The notes under the pieces were generated by a model. The model did not search any database. It was not told the origin of the DNA and saw only the letters and a program-made list of their open reading frames with translations. This document shows positions 13,393 to 23,179 of a DNA stretch of 64,000 nucleotides, in pieces. The translations under genes were made by a program, and so were the position numbers. Numbering within the stretch: the stretch's first letter is position 1; every line of letters begins with the position of its first letter. Source of the DNA: an uncultured Gemmatimonadaceae bacterium. Its GTDB lineage: Bacteria; Gemmatimonadota; Gemmatimonadetes; Gemmatimonadales; Gemmatimonadaceae. The stretch lies in assembly GCA_963761305.1 (NCBI GenBank), contig CAVXGK010000001.1:1-64000 (forward strand), written 5' to 3'.

Positions 13393-13585
13393 TTGGAATC
13401 GTCTTCCCGGCGTACAACGAAGAGGAAAGCATATCAACGTTTTTTCGAGAAATGGCCGACACCATGGATGCCCCCGGCTGTGTGTTCGAAGTCATGTTTG
13501 TCGACGATGGAAGCTCGGATCGTACCGCTGACGCCATTAAGTCCCTTGCCCAGATCGGCCCCCGAGTCCGTGGCCTCCGCAATGA
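13393..13585 (+). pseudogene. Glycosyltransferase family 2 N-terminal remnant
   Basis: GIVFPAYNEEESI...FEVMFVDDGSSDRTAD; similarity is lost after ~65 aa. Confidence 0.7.
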
Positions 13586-13776
13586 GGAGAACCGCCACCG
13601 AGGCGCCGATCCGCATTTTGACTCTCGCGCGTGCCTCCTACGCTTTCGTGCGTGACAGCCTCACAGCCGGACGCCGGTCAGCTTTCGTATCGCACATCGA
13701 GAGTTTCGACGTGACAGTCAATTGGTTCTTCGCTATCGCATGAATCCCGGGCTCCTCGACCCCCTCATCTGGTTCG

Positions 13777-15960
13777 CTATCGGCGAGTCCTCAGCAGCAA
13801 GGCTACGCTCGAAAAGTCGTCGGTCCATCGAACCGGAGCCCTTCCACTGGAGAGCAGGCGCCACTGCGCGCCGCCGGCCAGTAAGCGCGCCGCCGCCGTG
13901 TCCGACGTCATTACCACCCATACAGAAGGAGAGCGGCCGCCGGGAGTAGCTGGGACGTCCACGTCGGCGTCGATGAGCGCCGTGAGACCAGCGTCGCCAG
14001 CCAATCCCGCAAGCACCGGCCGGAGATCGAGATACTTGTTGCTGATGTGCCATGCGATCAAACCGTTCTCCGAAAGCCGCGACCGGTAGAGCTCGAGCGC
14101 CTCTCGCGTCAGAAGGTGCACCGGGATCGCATCGGAGTTGAACGCGTCCACCGCGATCAAGTCGAATCCGTGCGCTGGCGCGCCCGCCAGCGACAGGCGC
14201 GCATCCCCAAGAACGATCGCTGGCTTTTCAGCCGCTGCCGCGAGGAAGTGGAAATAGTTGGTATCGCGCGCGATCGCCGCAACTTCCGGATCGATCTCAT
14301 AGAACGTCCACGAATCACCAGGGCGAGCGTATGCAGCCATCGACCCCGCACCAAGCCCGATCACCGCGACGCTCAACGGTCCGTTGCGCGAGTCGAGCAG
14401 ATCGAAGACCGAACCCACCGGACCGTCCCGATGATAGTACGTGAGCGGTACGCGCCCGCGATCGGCGAGCAGTTCACTCCCGTGAACCGTCGTCCCGCTG
14501 TAGAACAGCCGGACGCCGCCTTTGACGTCGTCGACGACGCGATAGACGCCGTAGAAACTCCTCGCCCGCAGGCCCGTATGCGCGTTGGCTCCGAACGCCG
14601 CCAAGCCGCCCAGTAGAAGAGCGGATGTCCCGAGCGCGAAACGAAGCGGCCGAGCGCGGAACGAAAAGATCGCCAGTGACGCCACGCACGCGGCGAGCGG
14701 TGCGCCGAAAGCTCGCCGCTCCGGGCTCGCGCGCGACGACGACGCCAACGCCGATCATCGCCGCGCAGAGGCTCGCCGCCACGAGAACGTCACGCCGGCG
14801 GCCGATCGTTTGCCACGCGCCCGAAAGCGCCGCTGCGACGACGAGAGCGATCGGATACTCCGCCACACCTGTGAAGAGCGCGGGTGCGAGGATCGCGTTG
14901 AACAGACCGCCGATCGCGCCGCCGAGCGCGATCCAGAGATAAAAAGACGTGAGCTCGGCCGCAGGCGGTTTCGTTTCCGCGAGACGCGCGTGACAGGCCA
15001 ACGCGCACACGAACAGTGCGACGCAGTGGATCGCGTAGCCGAGCGGCCCCGGGACCTCGCTGTCCAGAAAGAGAAGCACCGCCACGCCAAGCACGGCGTA
15101 GGGAACGAGCTTTTGGGCGGCGCGAGTGATGTCGCGAGCGAATTCGTTCTCGGCGAATGCGGCCACGAACGTGAGCAGATAGAGCGCCAGCGGCACGACC
15201 CACAGCAGCGGCACCGGAGCAAGGTCCGTCGACAGATGGGTGGTCACACCCAGAAGCAGGCTCGATGGAGCTGCGGCCAACGCGACCCAGAGCGCCAGTC
15301 GTCGCGGCGGCGTACGGCCGCGCGCGGGTTCCTGCGCGCGCCGAGAGCGGGCGCTGATTCCCTCGCAGGGCGAGAGCAATCACTCCGATCAACAGGACGA
15401 GCGCCGTGTAACCGGCTGACCACAGCGAGGCCTGCGTCGATAGCGGCAGGCGGGGCTCGATGAGAAACGGATAGGCGAGCAACGCCCCGACGCTTCCGAT
15501 GTTGCTGACCGCGTAGAGCGAGTACGGCCTCGCGTCCATATCCGCCGCGTCCGCCGCATACCATCGTTGAATGAGCGGCGCGCCCGCCGACAGGACTACA
15601 AAGGGCGGCCCGATTCGCCAAGCCAGCAGCGCGATCAGAGACCAGACCGGCTCGGCCACGTTCGTCGGCCGCCAACCCGCGGGGATCGAAACAGGCAACA
15701 TCGCGGCGGCGAGTACCATGAGCGCGAGGTGCACTACCGGCTGCCAACGCGGCGCGAGCACCCCGTCGAGCACCCGCGCGTAGAGATAGCCGACGAGGAG
15801 CGAGGCCTGAAAGAAGAGGAGACACGTCGTCCAGACCATTGCGCCGCCGCCGAGCGCCGGGAGAACCATCTTTCCGAACATCGGCTCGACAGAGAACAAG
15901 AGAGCCGCGTTGGCGAAGATCCCGACCGCGAAGAGGCGTGTATTCGCGCGTAGAGTCAGG
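13777..15960 (-). CDS. Fused membrane/spermidine-synthase-like methyltransferase (frameshifts near 15380 and 14730; start approximate)
   Basis: LLFSVEPMFGKMVLP-LGG--VWTTCLLFFQ, PYSLYAVSNIGS, LTSFYLWIALGGAIGG, RSFYGVYRV, GTTVHG, VIGLGAG, YEIDPEV, DAFNSDAIPVHLLTREA, WTDDFS. Confidence 0.85.
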
Positions 15961-16955
15961 TGACTGTCTCGGACAAGCGAATGCGGTACGACTGACACGG
16001 ACGGAAGTACGGGGGGCTCGAGTGGGCCTCGTGGACGAGCTGCGCCGACAACCGAAGCTAACGATGTGCGCAGGGCCACCGCACCCGGTACACGCCGACG
16101 ACGCACTGGATGGAGCGTCCACCCCACCATTCCGCGTCGATCGCCGCTCTTTTCGCCGCGAGTGCCGCTGCTTGACGACCGTCCAGCAGACCGGTCGCTT
16201 CGGTTGCCGATTCGGTTGCGCCAGTCACCGCATTCGACGCACCGGCCAATCGACTGGTCGCGACGGTCAGCGCATCGGCCGAACAGCCACCCGACCCGTC
16301 GCCACGATCAACGCAACGGAACCTGCGGCCACCGCACCGGTCGAAACTCGCCAGCCGACTGTCCATTGCGATCGCCAATGCGTTCAACGACCGACACTCG
16401 GCCGGAACGCGCGATCACGGCAGTGGTCGCAGCAGCCGTCGCTTCGGGTCAAGCGGTTATTTCAGCAGTTGGCTCGGTCGCCGGCCGTTCCTGTTCGTAC
16501 ATCCAACTTGTCTCATCGATCCACCGACCGCCGCCAAAGAAAAGTTCATCGCCGCCGGCGACGAGGCGGGTTTACGGACCGACGGGCTGACCGTACCGGT
16601 CGACGCATATGACCGGTTGGGGCGACGAGATCACCGCACACATCGCGTGAAGTCACTGCTCTCATCGGACGATTCGACCGGTCGGCGCCAAGAGCTCATC
16701 GGAAACACAGCGCGGATCGTCGCATTTCACCGCTCGGAAGAGTCGACTCACCCCCGCGGTCACCGTTTACACTGGAAGCATTGGTGAACTCACTGCACGG
16801 TTCACTGCCAACACCGCCGAGTTCACCGTCTCACACCTCCCAACGAATCGGTCGCAGTGCGTGAGCGAGTGTCGACAAGCACGGTCCATCGCGGCCCATC
16901 GCGGCCCGAACGCCGCAGAGCCGTGCAGGGCGCATGAGACTTCGTCGACATCGTC

Positions 16956-17126
16956 CCCTCTATATGGGTTTATCCGCGGACGGCATTTTGACTATATATC
17001 AATTTATTACAGTTATCTCAACTGCCGATTGAGTGGCTTAACCGACGTGCGCCGACGAAAACAACCGTCGGCGACGGTTATGGGATGTAGCTAAATCCCG
17101 GGTCGCGGATAAACCCATATAGGGGG
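16956..17126. repeat. Segment 1 bounded by inverted repeats (perfect 19-bp core, 125-bp interior)
   Basis: CTATATGGGTTTATCCGCG at 16960-16978 and its exact reverse complement at 17104-17122. Confidence 0.9.
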
Positions 17127-17149
17127 CCGCGGCGTTGCGAGACACGCGC

Positions 17150-17364
17150 CCCTCTACTTGGGTATTATCGCCGACCCGTGTTTCGGGTACCTCGCACCCT
17201 TCGGAAAACACCCGAGTTGTCAGCTTTGCGTCAGCACGGCGATCGGCTGACAATCGGCTGACAGGGCTTCTCAGTAAACATTCTCGATTGAGAGTTTAGA
17301 AAAGCGTATCACAACGCCACAGGTACCCGAAATGGCGGTCGGCGATAATACCCAAGTAGGAGGG
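17150..17364. repeat. Segment 2 bounded by ~43-bp inverted repeats (128-bp interior)
   Basis: 17150-17192 vs 17321-17364: CTACTTGGGTATTATCGCCGACC (23 bp perfect), 4 mismatches, TTTCGGGTACCT (12 bp perfect). Confidence 0.9.
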
Positions 17365-17616
17365 CTCGATCGCCCGCGCCCATATCCGCCGGTCAATGCC
17401 CAGGCAGGAGCTCAAGCGCTATCCATGAAAGCGGTCGCGCAAACGTGAACGGAGGGTCAGCCAAACCTCAGATTCGACGGGGCCACCGTTTCGCGCGGGT
17501 CTCCGAGGCTCTCGCAGGACGCCACTAAGATCGCAAATGGCCATTCGACAGGTGTTTAGACTTCTTAATTACTCCCATCTAACGCCCTGGAACGACCCTT
17601 TCCTCCGCCTTTTTGC

Positions 17617-17633
17617 CTGGTCCGCGCGTTGCC
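17617..17633 (+). promoter_or_regulatory. Putative sigma-54 (-24/-12) promoter of the pilin gene
   Basis: CTGGTCCGCGCGTTGCC has GG-N10-GC spacing and lies 55 bp before the pilin ATG; type IVa pilins are often RpoN-dependent. Confidence 0.55.
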
Positions 17634-17687
17634 TTCTCACTAGCCCGGAATGCTTCCCCGCCTACTTCACTTCTCTCCGGCAGGCAC

Positions 17688-18074
17688 ATGAACAGCATGC
17701 GCAAGGGCTTTACCCTCATCGAACTTTTGATCGTCGTCGTGATCATCGGCATTCTCGCCGCGATCGCGATCCCGAAGTTCGCGAACACCAAGCAGAAGGC
17801 GTACATCACGGCGATGAAGTCGGATCTGCGCAACCTCGTCACCGCTGAAGAGGCGTACTTCGCCGACAGCTCGTCGTACACGGCGACGGTCAGCCTGCTC
17901 AAGTTCCAGAGCACGACCAGCGTCTCCAGCCCGGCGATCACCACCGGCACGGGTTCGTGGTACGCGACGGTCAGCCACACGCAGATCGCCTCGCCGTTCC
18001 AGTGCGGCGTCGGCATCAACACGACGAACCCGGTCGTTGCGGCTGCGTCTGAAGGCGAGCCGATCTGTCAGTAA
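17688..18074 (+). CDS. Type IV pilin (prepilin N-methylation domain)
   Basis: RKG/FTLIELLIVVVIIGILAAIAIPKF; KSDLRNL; C-terminal Cys pair. Confidence 0.95.
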   Translation: MNSMRKGFTLIELLIVVVIIGILAAIAIPKFANTKQKAYITAMKSDLRNLVTAEEAYFADSSSYTATVSLLKFQSTTSVSSPAITTGTGSWYATVSHTQIASPFQCGVGINTTNPVVAAASEGEPICQ

Positions 18075-18150
18075 CGAAGGGCGAAAATAACGAAAAGCGA
18101 AAGTAACGAAGGGCGAAGGTAACGAAGGACGAAGATGACGAAGGGCGATG
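18072..18150. repeat. Degenerate 16-nt tandem repeat (TAACGAAGGGCGAAAN) starting at the pilin stop codon
   Basis: About 5 units visible. Confidence 0.85.
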
Positions 18151-18190
18151 CGGGCGAGAAAGGCGTCTGAGGGGAAGCCTTTCTCGCCCG
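18151..18190. terminator. 14-bp stem hairpin between convergent genes
   Basis: CGGGCGAGAAAGGC ... GCCTTTCTCGCCCG. Confidence 0.6.
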
Positions 18191-18203
18191 TGTCGTCTTG
18201 TCC

Positions 18204-18259
18204 GTCCACCGGTCCACCGGTCCACCGGTCCACCGGTCCACCGGTCCACCCGTCCACCC
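18204..18259. repeat. 8-nt tandem repeat (GTCCACCG)x7
   Basis: Directly visible; abuts the stop of 18261-18587. Confidence 0.9.
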
Positions 18260-18260
18260 T

Positions 18261-18587
18261 CTACCGCGGCAGATACGCCTCGATCGCGCTCGCCAGTTGG
18301 CCGAGCAGCTCCGCGTGGTCGGCGCTTGCCGTGTTGCTGTCGGCGACGGCGCGCAACGTATCGACATGGGCGCGCGTGAGCTTGCGCGGATCGTCGGCCG
18401 GCAACGCGGCATTCGCAAACGCGATCAGCGCCGTGAGCCGCTTGCCGTTCCTGCCGACCGTTATGTGCTGCGCGCCTTCGATCAGCAGCCCGAGGTCGCC
18501 GGCGAGTGAGAGCACGATGCCCGACTCTCGGAGCCAGCTGATGCGGCCGTCACGCCACTCTTCGTCCCTTAAAGCTGGTTGAACCAT
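18261..18587 (-). CDS. Hypothetical protein
   Basis: 108-aa ORF with ordinary globular composition (ALIAFANAALPADDPRKLTRAHVDTLR). Confidence 0.6.
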   Translation of the reverse strand: MVQPALRDEEWRDGRISWLRESGIVLSLAGDLGLLIEGAQHITVGRNGKRLTALIAFANAALPADDPRKLTRAHVDTLRAVADSNTASADHAELLGQLASAIEAYLPR

Positions 18588-18633
18588 ACCCGATTGCTAA
18601 TCGGGCTCCCAAATCGGTGTCAAGGACTAGCAA

Positions 18634-19257
18634 TTATGAGAACGCTCTCAGAATCCTGTCATCGCCCCGGGCGTGTCGTGCGAGGTCGGCGCGCAGCACC
18701 GCTTCGTTCACCGCGAACGCGATCCCGACCTCGATCTCGACCCGTTCCGGTACCAGTCGGGTCACCTCCAGTGGGCGAACCCCGGCACCCGGCTCGGCGC
18801 CGTCGATCCGCACCGACGCATTGCCGCCCGGCCCCATGGGGATGCGACCCGCGAGAAACAGGCGTCGCGACTCTGCTCCCAACTGCAGCATGAAACCGTA
18901 GCAATCGAGGAACGCCGAGAGCACATCGCTCCCCGACCGCGCGCGACTCAGATCGATGTCGGAGAAGTAGAGTCGCCATGCATCGAACACGCGACGGTCG
19001 CTCCTCCGGTCGCGCGTCACGACGAGCAGCAGCGACGGATCACGCGGGTCCGGCATCGGCGGCCGACCCACCCACGCCGTGACAACCTCGGCGAGCGACG
19101 TTTCAGTGCCGGCCGTGAGCTCGTCGATCCAGCGCGGCCAGCGGAGCACGCGCTCGACGTCGCGGCGCGTCACGTGATGCGCAACCGCGTCGCTCTGAAA
19201 CCCGCTGTCGAACTTGACCCGGATCTGGCGCTCGGGAACGCCTGCCAACTGTGACAT
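18634..19257 (-). CDS. Hypothetical protein
   Basis: 207-aa ATG ORF with plausible composition; no motif recognised. Confidence 0.5.
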   Translation of the reverse strand: MSQLAGVPERQIRVKFDSGFQSDAVAHHVTRRDVERVLRWPRWIDELTAGTETSLAEVVTAWVGRPPMPDPRDPSLLLVVTRDRRSDRRVFDAWRLYFSDIDLSRARSGSDVLSAFLDCYGFMLQLGAESRRLFLAGRIPMGPGGNASVRIDGAEPGAGVRPLEVTRLVPERVEIEVGIAFAVNEAVLRADLARHARGDDRILRAFS

Positions 19258-19438
19258 GTGGATAGACTTGCAACGCCGTCGCGGGCATCACAAGAGTGGT
19301 GCGCTTTACTGAGATGTAAGCGGCCCGGGCTAGCGGAGTCGAGCAATCTCTATTCGCGCGCCGCTGATGCCCCCCCGTTCGCTTGGGCTTGCCGCGCGCC
19401 GCGTTTTGTCGGATGATCAACGGGCCAGCCGACCCGTC

Positions 19439-21077
19439 ATGTCACAGCACAGACAAGTCACGGTGGATGGTTCGACGGATGCGGCCAGCCAGCCTTGGCC
19501 GCGGCGCATCGCGCGGTTCATGCGCCGCTTCCCGTGGATCTGCGCGGCGCTGTCGGCGACGATCGGAGCGTTCACGCTCCTCGGCTGGTTCCTCCAGCGC
19601 CCCGAATGGACGACCGTGCTGCCGGGGTTGCCTTCGATGGAGGCGAACACAGCGGTCATGGCGCTCCTCGCCGGCCTGTCGCTCGTGTTGCTCGCACCCG
19701 CCGGTGCCTCGGCGGACGCGGACGCTCGCCGGCCGCATCGTCGCCGGCATCGTGCTGGGGCTCGCGATCATGCCGCTCGTCGAACACCTGTTCGATGTCG
19801 ATCTCGCCATCGATCGGGTGCTCGCCAGTCAGAGCGAATCGCTGTTCCATCATCCACCCGGCCGGCCGTCGCCGCAGACCGCGACCGCGTTCGCGCTGAT
19901 TGGCGTCACCCTGCTCTCGCTCGACGCGAAGACGAAGCGCGGACGTCACCCCGCGACGGCGCTCGCCTTGCTGGCGGCGCTCATTCCGCTCATTGCACTC
20001 CTGGCATACGTCTTTGGGACGGCGGAGCTCTACGGGGCACAGGCGCTGTACCCGTACATCGGCATGGGCCTTCCGACGGCCGTGGCGTTACTCGCGCTCA
20101 GCGCCGGCGCGCTGGCCGCTCGCGCCGGCGAGGGCCCGCTGTCCGTGCTCATGCGGGACGACAGCGGCGGTCTTGCGGCGAGACAGCTCGTCGCCTGGCT
20201 GCTGCTTCTCGCCGCCGCGACGTGCGGAATCGAAGCCGGCGCGCGCTTCGGGCTGTACGCCGCGCCCATCGGCGCGGCCGGCGTCATGCTCGTCGGCATC
20301 ATCGGTGGCAGCGCGTTCGTGCTCCGCGTCTCGCATCGGCTGAGTCACCTGGACGCGGCCGCGCAACACGCCATCCGAGCGCGAGACGACGTGATGGGTG
20401 TCGTGGCGCACGACCTTCGCAATCCGCTGAGCGTGATTCTCATGCACGCCGAGCTGCTGCGCATGATTCACCAGAATGGAGACCACCAGACCGATCAAGC
20501 CGCCGCGGCCATCTCGCGCTCGGCGACGCGGATGAATCGGCTGATCCAGGACCTGCTCGACGTGAGTCGCATCGACGCCGGCGGATTGTCGCTCGCTCGC
20601 GCGCCGATCGACCCCGCCAAGTTCCTCGCCGAGTCGGTCGAGAGCCAGCGTCCACTCGCGTCGTCCGAGCAGTTGGACCTTCGCCTCGATATCGAGCCGC
20701 CGCTCCCCCAAGTGGACGCCGATCGCGATCGCCTGGCGCAGGTGCTCGAGAATCTCATCGGCAACGCGATCAAGTTCACCGAACCCGGCGGACGCATCAC
20801 CGTCGGCGCCCGGGCGCGCGACGAGGGCGTTCTGTTCTGGGTCTCCGACGCCGGCGTCGGAATTCGTGACAGCGATCTCCCGCAGGTATTCGATCGCTTC
20901 TGGCAGGCCGAGGGAGAGAGCAGCGCCGCGCGCGGCACGGGGCTCGGCCTGCCGATCGTGAAAGGAATCGTCGAAGCGCACGGCGGCCGCGTGTGGGTCG
21001 AGAGCACCCCTGGTCGCGGAACCACGGTTTCGTTCGTGATTCCGCCGGCCGGTCACGCACCGAATTCCTCGAACTAG
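19439..21077 (+). CDS. Membrane sensor histidine kinase (frameshift near 19710)
   Basis: N-terminal TM helices; VVAHDLRNPL H-box, NLIGNAIKFT, DAGVGI, FDRFWQA, GTGLGLPIVKGIVEAHGG. Confidence 0.9.
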
Positions 21078-21475
21078 TCTTCGCCCGCCAAGTTATTGAG
21101 GGCCACCGCGTTTCGGACGAGCGCCTTGAACGCCGCGACGTTGAGCTTTTCGCCTTCGCGCAGGTCGATGGCGCGCCGGACGTTTCCGTCGAGGCTCGAG
21201 TTGAAGAGCTTCGACGGGTCCTTCAGCTTGGCGCCCTTGGCGAACGTCAGCTTGACGACGTCCTTGTACGTCTCGCCGGTGCAGATCATCCCGTCGTGAT
21301 ACCACACCGGAACGCCTCGCCACTTCCACTCCTCGGTCACCGCCGGATCGGCCTGTTTGATCAGCGAGCGAATCCGGGCGAGCGTCTCACCGCGCCAGTC
21401 GCCGAGCTCGGCGATCCTCGCGTCGATCAGCCGAGACGGCGACTCGCTCTTTGGCGAAGCGTTTTGCTTTTTCAT
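21074..21475 (-). CDS. DUF1801 domain protein
   Basis: DWRGETLARIR, EEWKWRGVPVW, GETYKDVVKLTFAKGA, FNSSLDGNVRRAID. Confidence 0.85.
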   Translation of the reverse strand: MKKQNASPKSESPSRLIDARIAELGDWRGETLARIRSLIKQADPAVTEEWKWRGVPVWYHDGMICTGETYKDVVKLTFAKGAKLKDPSKLFNSSLDGNVRRAIDLREGEKLNVAAFKALVRNAVALNNLAGED

Positions 21476-21496
21476 GTCTTCCCTTCCCCCCCCAAT

Positions 21497-22069
21497 TCAA
21501 GATCCTTGAGCGGCCTTCGACCAGTTGGGCAGCTCGATGCCGAACTGCTTGGCGTACTCCGCGTGCAGTCCCTGCCAGGCCGGGAACTTCATCAACTCTA
21601 TCCCCGCCATGCGGCCGATGGGATCTCCGCCCAGCAGGTGATCCAGGACGTCGAAGCAAACATGCCAGCCGGCAGCCCCCATCGCGATGAAGCGCCGATC
21701 GATGGTGGTCCACAGCGTGAGCCGCGTGCCGCCGCCGAGTGGTTCGAGCTCCCACCGGATTTCGTTGCCGCCCCAGTTGAACTCGAGGAGCTTGGGCGCG
21801 TCGGCGCGCGTCACTTTGGTTTCGGTCACATGCGGCGACGGCGCATTCACCGTCGTGAGATTCACCGTGGCGCCCGTCGTTCCCATGTTGCGATCGGCAT
21901 CGAACGGCGACCACTCGCGCAGTTGCGCCGGGTCGGTCAGCGCCTGCCAGACCTTGTCCGGCGAGTGACGCAGCTGCCTCACCAGCACGAGCGTCCAATT
22001 CTCGCCATCCTTTCGCACCTCGGCCCCACTCGCGGGACCCGGCACGTACTGCTCCCGAGCGGTCGTCAT
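21497..22069 (-). CDS. SRPBCC/AHSA1-like ligand-binding protein
   Basis: RQLRHSPDKVWQALTDPAQLREWSPF, GTRLTLW, AAGWHVCFDVL. Confidence 0.85.
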   Translation of the reverse strand: MTTAREQYVPGPASGAEVRKDGENWTLVLVRQLRHSPDKVWQALTDPAQLREWSPFDADRNMGTTGATVNLTTVNAPSPHVTETKVTRADAPKLLEFNWGGNEIRWELEPLGGGTRLTLWTTIDRRFIAMGAAGWHVCFDVLDHLLGGDPIGRMAGIELMKFPAWQGLHAEYAKQFGIELPNWSKAAQGS

Positions 22070-22416
22070 TTTTTCCTCGTCTTCTTTTTCGGTGGTGTCG
22101 ATTGTTTCGGGTGATCCAAGCGGTCGAGATGTCGTTCGAGCGCATCCACGTGACCCGACCAGAACCGCCGAAACGGCGCCAGCCACTCGTCGACGTCCTG
22201 AAGCGGTTCAGGGTTCAGCCGGTACACACGACGCTGTGCGTCCACGGTGGACTCCACGAACCCCGCATCGCGCAGCACGCGCAGGTGCTTCGACACGGTC
22301 GGCTGCGTCATGCGCAACCGCCGCACCATCTCGCCGACGGACTGCTCCGACGAGACCAGCAGACTCAGAATCGCGCGGCGGTTCGGCTCGGCAATGATTT
22401 CGAACGCGGTGGCCAT
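22066..22416 (-). CDS. ArsR/SmtB family transcriptional regulator
   Basis: AEPNRRAILSLL, QPTVSKHLRVLRDAGFV, QRRVYRL; typical ArsR-SRPBCC operon. Confidence 0.9.
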   Translation of the reverse strand: MATAFEIIAEPNRRAILSLLVSSEQSVGEMVRRLRMTQPTVSKHLRVLRDAGFVESTVDAQRRVYRLNPEPLQDVDEWLAPFRRFWSGHVDALERHLDRLDHPKQSTPPKKKTRKK

Positions 22417-22422
22417 GGCTCT

Positions 22423-22452
22423 GATATACACTCAGGGGTATATGCTTGTCAA
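22423..22452 (-). promoter_or_regulatory. Putative sigma-70 promoter overlapped by a palindromic operator for the ArsR operon
   Basis: Minus strand TTGACA-N18-TATATC a few bases before the ATG; ATATAC-N8-GTATAT dyad at 22424-22443. Confidence 0.5.
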
Positions 22453-22508
22453 GGTATACGAGCGGGTGCGGAGAACTGGAACGGGTGCGTCGGGGTTGTG
22501 AACGACTC

Positions 22509-22975
22509 AGCGGCGCAGCGGCCGAAGGGCGCAGCGGCCGAAGGGCGCAGCGGCCGAAGGGCGCAACGGCCGAACGGCGCAACGGCGCAACGGCCGAACG
22601 GCGCGACGGCCAAACGGCGCGACGGCCAAACGGCGCGACGGCCAAACGGCGCGACGGCCAAACGGCGCGAGTTGCGGAATTTCGCGGATCGAAACGGCGA
22701 ATCGTGCGTTCAGACGACCGCTCTCGCCGTTCGATCGTTACGCCGTTCGAGCGTGCGCGCCACGCGTGCTTCGGCCCGTTGCGCTCTTCGGCCGTTGCGC
22801 CCTTCGGCCGTTGCGCCCTTCGGCCGTTGCGCCCTTCGGCCGTTGCGCCCTTCGGCCGTTGCGCCCTTCGGCCGTTGCGCCCTTCGGCCGTTGCGCCCTT
22901 CGGCCGTTGCGCCCTTCGGCCGTTGCGCCCTTCGGCCGTTGCGCCCTTCGGCCGTTGCGCCCTTCGGCCGCTGCG
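22509..22975. repeat. Two mutually inverted 16-nt tandem arrays flanking a ~100-bp core
   Basis: Left GCGGCCGAAGGGCGCA / ACGGCCAAACGGCGCG units at 22509-22670; right (GGCCGTTGCGCCCTTC)x11 at 22790-22965. Confidence 0.95.
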
Positions 22976-23074
22976 TTGCGCCCCTCAGCCGTTCCCGCTC
23001 TTCGGCAAGCGGAAGACAGCATGAACGCGAAGAACGGCGAGAGGACGACCGCGTTCGTCGCTCCCCTCGCCGTT

Positions 23075-23179
23075 CTCGCCCTTCGTTACTTTCGCCCTTC
23101 GTTAGTTTCGCTCTTTGTTAGTTTCGCCCTTTGTTAGTTTCGCCCTTTGTTAGTTTCGCCCTTCGTTAGTATCGCCCTA
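23075..23179. repeat. 16-nt tandem repeat (minus strand CTAACAAAGGGCGAAA) starting at the SusD stop
   Basis: About 6 units; same family as 18072-18150. Confidence 0.85.

Noticed and set aside
15970..16950. ORFs in the gap upstream of the spermidine-synthase-like gene
   Set aside because: None has a recognisable motif or convincing composition; may be decayed sequence
16956..17364. Retron or integron attC call for the IR segments
   Set aside because: No RT or integron integrase nearby, and I could not find RYYYAAC/GTTRRRY ends; kept only as unexplained IR elements
22509..22975. Possible CRISPR array
   Set aside because: Units are contiguous 16-mers with no unique spacers, and no cas genes are present
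22446..23137. ORFs translated through the 16-mer arrays
   Set aside because: Low-complexity products of stop-free repeats in several frames
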